From NCBI GenBank assembly GCA_964019335.1, contig OZ025695.1, positions 62,001-126,000 on the forward strand: a stretch of 64,000 nucleotides of DNA, read 5' to 3'. The notes under the pieces are model-generated. The model was given only the letters and a program-made list of their open reading frames with translations, was not told the DNA's origin and did no database searches. Position 1 is the stretch's first letter, and the number at the start of each line of letters is the position of its first letter. This stretch comes from Diplonema japonicum (taxonomy: Eukaryota; Protista; Euglenozoa: Diplonemea). Made by a program: the position numbers and the translations under genes. Below, piece by piece: positions 1 to 10,644 of this stretch.

Positions 1-381
1 CTTTCTTGAGTCATGATAGCCTAAAGCCAATGGCCTTTGTTCCTTTTTTCTTTTCTTCTTGTTTTTTTAAAGCGATTCCCAGCAAAGTAACTACGTGTGC
101 AGCCGCGCGAGGCACATTGAAGCAAATATTAATTTTACGGACCAAGGCACATATGTCTCATTTTTCTTTTTATTTTCTTCCAATTTTTTTTTTTGTACTT
201 CCAAGTGTGGGGAGGGAAAGAGAAAAATAGATTAAAATAAATAAGAGAGATGGGTGGAAAGAAAAATAAAATAAAATAAAAATGCAAGTTGCGTGCGAAC
301 GTGACTCTGCTTAACCGTAGCAGGGAAATACCCTTTTTTTTCTCTTCCTGTTCTTCTTTCTTTTTCTTCTTCTTCTTTATC

Positions 382-1692
382 CTACTCAAGGCTGACAGGG
401 TCTTCACCTTTGTATACAATTGTGACTTCTCTACCGCCCTCATCGAGAGAGATCCTGCCCGCCTCAAGAACTGCGGTCATCTGTGAAGTTGTGAACACCA
501 CGTGCCGTCATACCTTAAGTGTGCTGCGCCCAGTGGGCAGGTCGAAGTCATATGACTCAGGTGTGGCTTCCTCGTTGTTGATGGCCGTGGCTGCCTCCAC
601 GAAGCTCTCGAAGCTCAAGTATCCGTACCCATGCCGGCCGCAGTACCTCCCCTTCGCGTCGGCCTTGTTTCTGATGTAAAGCGGGTTCAAGGAAGCGAAC
701 CTTTCCCCATCAGCGCCCACGGTGTACCCGCGGTGGCATTGGTCGGCCGTCACCTCGCCCTTCTCCATCAGACAGAAGAACCTCTGCTGCGAGTGCACAT
801 CGGACTCCCCTGCCGTCCACGACGCTGTGTACACAGCAGTCCCCATCCCGCCTGCGTTGTTCTTCCACACCACAGTCAGGGTGATGGTGTCCTCGCACGG
901 CCTGCCAAGGATCTCCTCCGCGACACCTGTCGACGCCACCGCACGCACCGAGACAGGGACCGCAATGCCTGTCATGGCCCACACGTGGAAGTCGATGTGA
1001 TGGGAGTTCAGATAGTAGCTGATGTCAGAGCTGATGCCCGCCCATGCTTTGAAGGTCTGCAGCTGTAGCTTCGGCTGCGACATGTAACTTGTGAAGTGGT
1101 TGAACCTTCCGAGGTCCCGCATCCTGGCGCAGGCGTCGTTGTAGACGGGGTCGAAGCGCTTGTGCACCTCGACCTGCAAGAGAACACCCTTCTCCCTTGC
1201 CTTGTCGACGAGTGCCTGGTGCTCCTTGAGGGTCTTGACCACAGGCTTGGTGACCATGACGTGCAGACCCCTCTCAAGGGCGGCGAGGCAGATGTCGAAG
1301 TGCGTGTCGTCAGGTGTGAAGACGGAGCAGATGTCGCCAGGCTTGAAGGCCTGAAGGGCATCCAGGTAGGCATCGGGCTTGCACGCCACGTCCTCTGCTG
1401 GGAAACATTCAAAGTCGGTGGACATGCCTGTGAAGGTGATGTTCTTCTTGAAGTGGTCACGGATTTGCTGGAACTTTGGTCCGCTTCTGCCGCATAGTGC
1501 GATCCTGTCCCCGACTAGCCCCCTCGAGCGCAGGTCGAAGTGCACCACACCTACCACACCCATGCTTTTGTCACTCTTGCTGCCCCCCGACCCTGTCCAC
1601 CCTGTGGTGTACTCGCCTGTCCCGAACAGAATCGTATTCGGCACCTTCTTCGCCTTCTTCCCATTCGCCACCTCTGTGCTCGTCAGGGTCAT
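382..1692 (-). CDS. Gfo/Idh/MocA-family oxidoreductase, D-galacturonate reductase-like; 2 exons (intron 481-513)
   Basis: GTGEYTTG Rossmann start, FTPDDTH, HVMVTKP, EVHKRFDP and YLNSHHIDF motifs. A 33-nt GTATGA..CACAG intron restores the C-terminus MTAVLEAGRISLDE..LE*. Confidence 0.85.
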
Positions 1693-2816
1693 TGCTGCTA
1701 ACCTGTTGAAAGCTGCTTTTCTGTGTCGAATGCACAATAGGAATAACAATAGATGAGTGTCGTAAAAAGAAAACAAAAAATATATTTTTAAAATAAAAAA
1801 GATGGGGGGGATGGGAGAGGGAGACAATCACGTAAGAGACTGGGGGGGGGTTTCTTTTCTTTTTTCTTTCCCTTTTCTTTCCTAATTGACAAGGGAGGGG
1901 GGGAGGGGGGGAGGGGGGGGGGTGGGGGGAGATTATTCATCGGAGCAAATAAAACCAAAAAGAAAATGGAAAGAAGGAGGAAGCTTCTTTTTTTGTTTGT
2001 CGAAAACAAAGGTGGGAACCATCCGATAAAGGGGGGTGGGGGTGTTAGAAGCGACTCAACCGGAAAAAAAAAAGAAAACAGGATTAGTAGAGCATTAAAA
2101 GATTGTAACGAAGTGGGGAGGGGGGGGGGGGGGGTCAGAAGTCAGGATAAAAAAATATAATCGATAAAAGAATGCTCTGCGAAGCAGTTTCAGTAATAAA
2201 AAGAAAATGTAAAAACCAAGGAGTTATTACTTCTCATTGGTGCTTACACAAAAAAGAAGAGTTTTTGGCGGTTTGTTGTTTATGCAGTCGGGTCCTGCAG
2301 AAGGTTAACAATTAACAAGAAACAAGGAAAAGAGAACAGGTAGCAGGTAGTATTTGTTTTCTTTTTCCTTCCTCTCTTTTCCTTTTTTTTTCCTTGTTTT
2401 TTCCTTTTTTGTTCCTTTTTCAACCCGAGAGTTAGAAAAAAAAAAATTATGATTTTTCATTCGCAGGGTAAGTTTTCTTTCGTGGGAACAAGCAAGAAGG
2501 AAAAAAAAAAAAAGTATTTCTCTTTTCTTTTTTTTTTTCTTACACAAAAAAAAAAAAAAAAAAAAAATAAATAACGCTCTATATTCGCTAAGTGACCCAC
2601 CAGAACCCGCATTTTGAAGAGCTAAAAAAATTTCTAATTGCTTTTTCTAGGGCTGGAATGGATTTATTTGCGTCCGGGGCCCAATGTTCGACATATGGAA
2701 TTTTTTTTTGTAATAAAAATTTTTTTGGTGATTTGCCTTACTTTGTACTATACAAAATGAAGCAGCTCCGGTGGAAAAAACACGGCACAAGTGGGGTTCG
2801 AACCCTGATGAAAAAA

Positions 2817-2899
2817 CCACTGCGTCGGGATTCGAACCCGCGACTCCTGGAACAAGGGGGCCTGACAGGTGAGCACGGTAACCACTCTACCACACAGGA
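2817..2899 (-). pseudogene. tRNA-Asp(GTC)-derived sequence / SINE-like head inside the TIR element
   Basis: A-box TGGTAGAGTGG, CT-GTC-A anticodon loop, B-box GGTTCGAATCC, then a T6 terminator (2811-2816). The 3' side of the anticodon stem does not pair and has ~11 extra nt. Confidence 0.65.
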
Positions 2900-3119
2900 A
2901 TTCAAAACTCTGACCCCCCCATCTTTACTCAGGCATCCGGCATAGTGGGTGGAGTAGGTTCCCTTCTTTCCACACCAGATATCCTCCGCGATACACACTC
3001 ACGACGCGTCTCAGCCCATCAACACTGTGATGAAATAAACACAGAATAAGAGATGAGATAAAGGAGGTTCCTGTTCTGGAACGTCCTTGTCTACTTATCT
3101 CTACTTATCTACCTCTTTC

Positions 3120-3406
3120 CCTGTTCTCGAAGTCTAGTACGAGTTCCATTGTGGTGACTCGTCTTCCTCGGTCCGTCGTACTACTTCAGCTTCCTGAGCT
3201 ACTTGATAATGTCTTCTCCGTGCTTCATCATCAGGCTCCCGCTCACGTGCTTCTTCAGCTCCTACCACTCAGGTGGTGTGCATGAGCGTTTCCTTCCGTT
3301 ATCTGTTCCAGGGGTGCGTCGTGTACGTTTCTAGCATTCTCTTGTCCTGGAGAAGCTGGTCTCGCTTTGCCACCACTTCCAGCAGGTAGTACTGCGTCTT
3401 CCTCAG
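3120..3406 (-). mobile_element. Decayed 3' fragment of a non-LTR retrotransposon nested in the TIR element
   Basis: Translates to QYYLLEVVAKRD..TTHPW..SGSLMMKHGEDIIK*LRKLK*YDGPRKTS/VTTMELVLDFEN. This aligns with QQYLLKVVTVRD..TSNPW..SGAVLTFHLKNVLKWLRGLRWYDGKKKTSVTTMELAIDYEQ of the LINE at ~57.1-57.4 kb. Confidence 0.75.
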
Positions 3407-4355
3407 CCGGTGTTGGTGTGATCGATGACCAACACAGCATAATGATGAAAAGAAACTAGTACACTGAAGAGTAGGGGTCACCAGAAAAATCTGTTGTTTC
3501 TTCAGACGCTTGATCCACCCGAAGTAGAACAGCAGGAAGGGGAGGAAGGAGGTACTGATGTCTTCTTCTTTACTCGCGATCCTGTCCATCTGGAGTCCTC
3601 GTTGTCTGAGGCTCTCTGCTGGCTGGAAGGGCTTGCTTGGTCTTTCCCTTCGAGTTGCCCGTGTACTCTCAGGAGTAGGAAGTATTCTCCGGTCGTCGTC
3701 ACTGCTTGTTTCATAGTCTCCGTTCCGTTCAGGCTGGTCATCAAACCAGGGCACGCGGGTCAAGGATCTTCCAACGCAAACGTGACCGGTGATCGGTGTA
3801 ATTCCCACATAAGTACCTTCCAAGCAGAAATAACTTCTGCCCCAAAGGCAACGTCACTTTCAAATGACTATGCCATTCCATTTGGACTGTACGTTGCCCT
3901 GTGGTGGACGGCGTAGACGCCCCAACTAGACTACTACTATGCCTTCGAAAATATTTTCGGCTGAACTACTGGTCAGGAAGATGCTGGCTTCTGGGATCGA
4001 ACCCTGTTAACCATGTTTTTCAAAGGGAAAAGTGCCCAGTTGCAAAAGTTTGGCAAAAATGGCCAAAACTCAAAATGGCGACTTCCAAGGTCATTTTGGT
4101 TGGCCCCCAATATTTTTTTTTTGGAAAATTCTTTTTGGAACTTCCTTGGAACTCACCGTTCTTTCATGTTCGACATATGGATTTTTTGGAAAAAAAAATT
4201 CAATGAACCTTTGGGCATTGGCAATTTTTCCCCTCTAGCCCCCTATAACCCCTTTGGGACATAGGGCGGGTCACTTAGCGAATATGGAGCGTAAAAAAAA
4301 ACAGTTCTCCCCCTTCTCTTTCTTTTTCTGACTTTCGTTCTTTTGATAACCACAC

Positions 4356-4388
<33 letters not shown>

Positions 4389-5190
4389 TGTATTTCGTGT
4401 TTTCATCATATTTTTGTTTGTACATGCCTGGTAGAAACCTGGAGAAATCGCTCCAAGATTTGGCAGGTCGAAGATAGAAAAAAGAGACTTTTCTTCTGCT
4501 CTCATTGCCCCCCCCCCCCCCCCCCCCCCCCCCACCCAATTCTCCACAGCCAAAACGAGCGACTGAACTGTTGTTACCTGTTGTATCCCATTACGAGCAG
4601 CTTATGCCTGCAGTCCACTCGGAAGTTCTGTATGCCAGAATGCACGATTTCTTTAACCACTAACACATAGGAGGACAAAGGGGGAAAAAAAAAAAAAGAG
4701 ATTTCTTATGTCCCTGGTTTTTTTAAGGCTAAATTGATCAGTCCCCTCCCTCCCCTCCGAACTCTTTTCGCTTTTACAGTATTTTAGAAAATTCATTTCG
4801 TAACGTTCGTCCCTTCCTTGTTCCGTTTTATTGCCATAGTTGAAAAAAAAAGGGGGGGGAAGGTGGAGAGGGAAAAAAAAAACCCCCCTGGGGAAATTCT
4901 TTTTTTTTTCTCTTTGAATTTTATTTTCTTTGTAAAGGAGGTAAAGGTGTTCCTACACCCCCCTCCCCCCCCATGACATTGCTGCAAAAAGAAAAACAAA
5001 AAAAAAACAAAAAAAAATCTCAGAAGACAAAAAAAAAAGGTTTAAAATGCGAAACTAGGGTCTCGGCTTTACGTTAGTAGTTTTTAAGACCCATACCCTT
5101 TTTGCCTTCCGTTAGCTATTCCCCCCCCAAAAGAAGTACTAAGAAAATCATTTAGATAATAAAGACCTGCAATGCTCCTATCACCTCCCA

Positions 5191-7329
5191 CTACGTGTCG
5201 ATGTAGGTAGGCTGCTGTTGAACGTCTTGTTTACTAGAAAGAAGTGTTTGGAACTGGAGAGCTCTTCTGTTTCTTGCAGCCATTCGAAGCAAGCGGGACC
5301 GAGCGTAGACAGGGTCCAAATGTGCGGCATCGGTGCGGCATTGTGACATGACCGGCTTCACCTTTATAGGCCCACTTGAAGTAGAGGTCATGCTGCTGCA
5401 CGAGGTTACCTTGCTGCGCATGGACTGTGCCTGCGAGCAGGAGTCTATGCTTCTGCGTTGCGACCTATTTTCCGGGGGATCGATGTCGCTGACTTCATCA
5501 GGGTTTGATTCAGTATCACGTAGGAAGACTACCTTCCTCCCGCTCATCGGTGTGTCCTTTGTCTCTGAAAGGGGTGACGATGCCGACATCGATGTGCTTC
5601 CCATGAGCGCTTCGTCTTCCTGCTGCTCTTCCTCCCCAGCCGTGTAGCTCACCTCGCAAGGTACAAGCAGCTTGCTCGGCCCCTGGCGACGTTTTCTCCT
5701 GTCGTCCGCGCCTACCGTTCGTCTTCTCGAGTTTGTCATCGAAGGTATCTCATTGATGTCCTGCAGTTTCGGCTTCTTCGACAGATTGTTGTGATGCCTC
5801 CTCAGCGTGTCCTGCGAGCACAGCCCCCTCGACAGCCCTAAAAAGCAAAACCCGCACAGCGACACAGTCAGGTTTAGAAAGTCATCACGATTCCTCACAT
5901 ACAACCAATCCTTTACAGAAATGTAAGGATGCAGCTTGCGGATGAACCATGGTATCCCGGGCATGTCCGCGCAGGACCTTCCGCGGCTGCTGATGTTCGG
6001 GAGCGTCTCTTCTTTCTTTTCATTTCGGGCTTGTCTTTCATCCCACTCCTCGATGGCCTTGCTCAGCGCCTGCATGGGCCCTGTAAGCAAGACCCGCTCA
6101 TCAATATGTGCCAGCAAGCCCCTTTCTGTGTTCATGGGCTGTGTGAAGCTCTGAGCATCTACGGGAACAGCAGTCTCCTTATCGGTGTCGTTTGTCTGCT
6201 TCACAGGCTTTTCGCTGAGCTTGTACCATCTCTCTTTCATCCTGCGAAGTGGTTCTGACTTCCTTGTCCCTGTTAGCTGGATCTCATCGTACGAGCACAG
6301 CAGTGTGTGGTACGCCGTCTTGACGAGGTCCGTCGTCGCGTAGTCCTTGTTGCAGAAGGCACATATCTTGAACTCCTGTCCCTGTTGCGACTTGGAAGGG
6401 AGTTTTAGTTTGTTAGCAAGGTTGAAGTCCTGCGCGCCGCCTATTTGGACCGGCTTGGGTGCCAACGGGAGCCCTGTGGCAGGATGCTTCTTAACAGTCA
6501 GCCGCACGCTTTCGCACCACAGGAAGTGCAGCCGTGTCTCTGCGTCGAACTTGAAGTTGACTACCATGTTGGTGATGGCGACCTTTCCACACGCAATGTC
6601 GAAGAAGTGCGACACGATCTTCGAGCACACGGCCTGTATCTGCTCCAGGAGCTTCGCAGAGGTGAGTGGGTACTCATTGGAGTTCCTGAAGTCCCCTTCA
6701 AATGTCTCCGCCTTGTCGTACCTCGACACCTTCCCGCTTGTCAGCAAGTGCACGTTGGTCCTCCTCTCTACAAGACATACAGACTGACTCCACGTACATC
6801 GCACTAGGCAGTTGTTATAAGTGGAGCTGGTCGAGGGCTTCGGGTCCACAAACCCTTGTAGGATCCCGTTCTTATTTCGTGTGTGCAACAGAAAATGAGG
6901 TAGCTCCTCACGTGTGAGGTAGTGGATGTGGCTTGCACGAGTTCCTTCGGAAGTCGTCTCTGTCTGTGAGATGTAGTAGGCGACGATGTCGCTGCAACAG
7001 ATGGAGCAGGCCTTCTCGAAGTGCTTCAGGATGAGACCGATGCGGAGGGATGATGCTTTCTTTTTGTGGAAGCGTGGTGCCCTGCCTTTGGAAGAGATCT
7101 TCGTGAAGTACCAGCTTGTTGGCTTGTTGAACTTGAAGACAACTGTATCAGGTATCACGACCGCCAACCGTGAGGAGGTGTCCTGCTGCGTCCACAGGAC
7201 TTCAAAGATGTTGTCCAAGATCCCGTCGCCTTCGACATTCAGGAACTCTATCGACCCACGCTCCTTCTTGTCCTCCAGTTCGCAGTCCTCGTCCACCTCA
7301 TCGTCAAGCAGACCTGACGTGTTCCGCAT
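5191..7329 (-). CDS. Conserved-looking hypothetical protein (~710 aa), globular N-terminal domain plus CxxC pairs
   Basis: Long uninterrupted ORF with first ATG at MRNTSG. Segment ILQGFVDPK..VRCTWS..ETFEG; CAFC and CGFC possible Zn ligands. Confidence 0.75.
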   Translation of the reverse strand: MRNTSGLLDDEVDEDCELEDKKERGSIEFLNVEGDGILDNIFEVLWTQQDTSSRLAVVIPDTVVFKFNKPTSWYFTKISSKGRAPRFHKKKASSLRIGLILKHFEKACSICCSDIVAYYISQTETTSEGTRASHIHYLTREELPHFLLHTRNKNGILQGFVDPKPSTSSTYNNCLVRCTWSQSVCLVERRTNVHLLTSGKVSRYDKAETFEGDFRNSNEYPLTSAKLLEQIQAVCSKIVSHFFDIACGKVAITNMVVNFKFDAETRLHFLWCESVRLTVKKHPATGLPLAPKPVQIGGAQDFNLANKLKLPSKSQQGQEFKICAFCNKDYATTDLVKTAYHTLLCSYDEIQLTGTRKSEPLRRMKERWYKLSEKPVKQTNDTDKETAVPVDAQSFTQPMNTERGLLAHIDERVLLTGPMQALSKAIEEWDERQARNEKKEETLPNISSRGRSCADMPGIPWFIRKLHPYISVKDWLYVRNRDDFLNLTVSLCGFCFLGLSRGLCSQDTLRRHHNNLSKKPKLQDINEIPSMTNSRRRTVGADDRRKRRQGPSKLLVPCEVSYTAGEEEQQEDEALMGSTSMSASSPLSETKDTPMSGRKVVFLRDTESNPDEVSDIDPPENRSQRRSIDSCSQAQSMRSKVTSCSSMTSTSSGPIKVKPVMSQCRTDAAHLDPVYARSRLLRMAARNRRALQFQTLLSSKQDVQQQPTYIDT

Positions 7330-7413
7330 GTGTATTCTAAGTGATGTGGGGTGTAATGTATATAACGTCAATTACAACAGTCTTTTTACATCAGTTGAAG
7401 TAGGGCGGGGGGC

Positions 7414-8533
7414 TCACGCTTTTCCAGCGTTGCTGTTAAAAATCCTAGACACTTCCTTTTTCTGCCCTTCTGTGAGGTATGCGGGGAACCTGTTTGTTTA
7501 GTAAGTTTGCTAAGACGCCCATACGTGGTCTCGAAGCGCATGATGAGGTCACCCCACATGCCCTTCTTCTGATAGACTGGCATGCCCTCGCCCTTAATGA
7601 CCTTTGTGTACTGTGGGTGCACAACGTCGTTGATAAAGACGCTCAGCTTCCGGTTATCTGCAATGTATATAAGTCTGTAAAAATCTGGCTTCATACCCAG
7701 CGTCTGGACTTCGATGCTGAACCCGCAGAGTGCCTCTTCCAGCGTGACCTTATGTGTGTAGACGAGGTCGTCCCCTTTCCATGAAAAGTGAGTGTGTGGC
7801 ATCAGCTCTGTCGTGATGTAGACGTCCCCTCGCACGGGGTTTGCACTGTGCTGTGAACCTTTCCCTACGAACTTCAGCCTTGACCCGTCAGGGAGGCCCT
7901 TCTCTATCTCAAAGGCGATGACGCTTTCCCCATGGCTCGATACAACGTTCTCCCCGTCCATGTTTTGTTCTATTTTATCGGTCGGAACGGTGACAGCCCG
8001 CGAGGCACCGCTGAAGACCTCCTCCAGAGTACACTTAGCAGTGGTGTGAATGGGAGGCGGTTGGGGGGGGTTCCGTGCCACCCCTTGGTCTTTGGAGAAG
8101 AAAAGGTGTTTCATGCCTCCCGCAGAGTTGCCGATTACCTGTGTTGTGCATTAACGGTAAAGTACAATTCCTTCACCTACCTGGAAAGGATTCGCGACAC
8201 CGAAGAACTCCTTGAAAATCGCGTCAGGGTTGGCTGTGAAGGTGTACACGTCGCCTTCCTTGCCGTATTTCAGTCCGTCCTCACCGTACTCGTCGTACCG
8301 TGCCCTCAGCTTGGGGTTGCTCAGGACGTCGTACGATTCTGCAACCTGAAAAAAAAAAAAAAAAAAAGAGTTGTAATGTGCGGGGGGTAGCTTACCTGTG
8401 CAAAAGCGCCGCTATTGCTGCTCTCTGTCAGCTCCGGGTGGTACTTCAATGCCATTTTTCTGAATGCCTTCGCCACATCTTCATTTTGCGCGTCCTTCGT
8501 GATCCCCAACGTGTTGTAATAATCACCGTTCAT
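7414..8533 (-). CDS. DNAJB13: Class II DnaJ protein, DNAJB13/RSP16 (radial spoke)-like; 5 exons (introns 8346-8395, 8139-8180, 7658-7696, 7490-7524)
   Basis: The J-domain has HPE instead of [14 protein letters not shown] and [29 protein letters not shown] resemble DNAJB13. Four GT-AG introns give a clean reading frame. Confidence 0.75.
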
Positions 8534-8817
8534 CTTTTTCTTTTTTTCTTCGTGGGGGAACCTGAACGATAATTATTTGGTTTAGAAAAAAAAGGGGGGG
8601 AAGAAAAACGCCCCTTCCTGACAATTTGTTTTATAATTTGTTTTACCCGTTATGTTTTTTTTTTTTTTGTCCTTGTATTTCTTTTCCCCGGTGATGAGAG
8701 ACATCTGAAAATGCAATGAGAGAGAACCATCGAACGAAGAAAGAAAGAAAGAAGAGGGGAAACTTGACCGTTGTTTTGTACGTGCCGGGTAGAAAAAAAA
8801 AAACCCCGTAAAAACAC

Positions 8818-8882
<65 letters not shown>

Positions 8883-8969
8883 TCAATTTCTCCGTTCCTT
8901 TAGACAAGTCAAAGACTCATTTACAAACAAAAAAAAAAACACTTTTATTAAAAAACACTCCTGACATTC

Positions 8970-10570
8970 TTACGCCATGACGCTCAGTGCCGAGGGTACT
9001 GGGAAAGGCTCGTGCAGCATAGACTGGTAAGAGGAGCTGATGGCCGAGAGCAGGAGCATGGTGAGGACACCTCGGAGGATAAGAAGGACGAGACCAAAAG
9101 TACCGATGATAAGCCCTTCCCAGCCGAATATAATAGATAAAATGAAGATGATCATAATACAGACGCCAAGGATGGTGGCAGTCGCGGCCGTGACCGGGTG
9201 TGACATATCTGTGTAGTCGAGCATCTCACGAGAGACTTGCACGTAGCTGCCGTGAATCAGGAGACACACAATGCGGACAGAGAGCAGCTCTACAACCAGC
9301 TCACTGTTGGGGTCCCACTTAAGATACTCATTTGTCGATGACAGGAATAGATCCAGCGTCCTATTGCTTTCCTTCAGCGCAGAGAAGTACTTCTTGCTGT
9401 TGGCGTATGACATCACCAGTGCCATCGACACCACTGGGCTGTCCTTGTAAGCGCTCGACAGCTCTAGGTATGCCTGTGTCGACTTGTCCTTGTCGCGAAT
9501 CCCCTGATGTGGTGGTTGTTGTATTGCTTTCAAAAATGAATACCTCGAAACCTTCATACTGTGCCCACACGCATCTCACCAGCAGCTTGTAGTGCATCGG
9601 ATGCTCGTCAATCAGGATCGCCTTTCGCAGCCACTATTATCGGGTTTTTTTTTAGGATTTCTTTTTTTCTTACCTCTCTCGCTTTGGTGTAGATGAATCT
9701 CTTCATGTTGACCAACCCCAACACGTGGAGTGCTATCGCGTTCGTTTCGTCCAGGCGGTGCGCCTCGAGGGCGGGCTCTTCCGCAAGCTGGTGTATGTGT
9801 TTGTGTGGCAAAAAGTGCGTACCTTTGGTTTGCTTGAATCAGCTGACAACAACGCTGCGAGGGCTGACAACACAAACGACTTCTGGTGTGTCTTGAGGTT
9901 GTCATTCCTGCTCGCCTTCTGCAGACTCGACACGAGGCCCTTGTCGCTCTTATTCGAGGACTGAAAGTTAAGGTTGCACAGAACGAGAGACGCGGATGCG
10001 TGAAGGCGCTGCTCGGCTGGCGTATCCGTGTTGTCGGCTTCAAGCATCCTGAGGAAATGAGGTGGGCAAGGGAACATACTGAAGGGACTTCCGGAGAGCG
10101 ACTTCTGCATGTTGGTACATGCCTAACTTCACACACGTGATCCCTACTAAGAAGTGCAGTGTGGGGTGTGGCGCAATGGACCGTGCATGTAAATACTGGG
10201 TAAGAGCTTCTTTGTGCCGCCGTTGTGCATCGAACTCCTCTGCTGAAGCCAATGCCCGTTTTTCTTCCAGCCCCCCCAGCACAGGCAGTTCGACGTCCAT
10301 TTTATGCCGCACCAAATGTGTGTTCCGTTCGGTCAGCACCAGCCTGTCCGACAGGGAGTCGATACTCCCCCCTACCAGCGATGCTTCGACAGTCGTCATG
10401 AAGCACGACAGCAGCAACAGGCACCGCAACACCGACTTAGATCCCTTGAATTTCATCACAATGTTGTTTATGTTCAGCGACTTGACTGCCTTCATCAGCA
10501 GGATGCAAAGCACGACGTCAAGAACAACATTCAAGACCGAGCATGACACGAACCACGCCCCCTGTACCAT
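8970..10570 (-). CDS. TPR-repeat membrane protein, multi-exon (introns incl. 10049-10079)
   Basis: TPR-like helices (ALTQYLHA..LHFLVGITCVKLGMYQHAEVALRKSL; IALHVLGLV..AREWLRKAI) and hydrophobic N- and C-terminal segments. Four short GT-AG introns join the ORF pieces. Confidence 0.7.
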
Positions 10571-10644
10571 GTGTAGGGCGCCTGAGGTATTTTCAAGATT
10601 ACAACATGTGTCAAAAGGAGATATAAACAGTTTCTACTATACAA

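Larger units (their letters stand above)
2575..4291. mobile_element. Non-autonomous TIR DNA element (~1.7 kb) with candidate TAA target-site duplication
   Basis: CGCTCTATATTCGCTAAGTGACCCACC (2575-2601) matches the reverse complement of 4265-4291 at 25/27. TAA flanks both ends (2572-2574, 4292-4294). Direct repeat ATGTTCGACATATGGA at 2684-2699 and 4166-4181. No intact transposase. Confidence 0.8.

Noticed and set aside
3181-3264. Possible TAG=Trp genetic code
   Set aside because: Intact genes use TGG for Trp and end in TAG (e.g. 382, 53181). The TAGs occur only in a decayed element.
3494-3916. ORFs inside the TIR element as a transposase
   Set aside because: No DDE or DNA-binding motifs recognisable; frames are short and interrupted.
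8650-8980. Poly-Lys/poly-Phe ORFs here and at 45890-46361 and 47278-48219
   Set aside because: Translations of intergenic A/T homopolymers.
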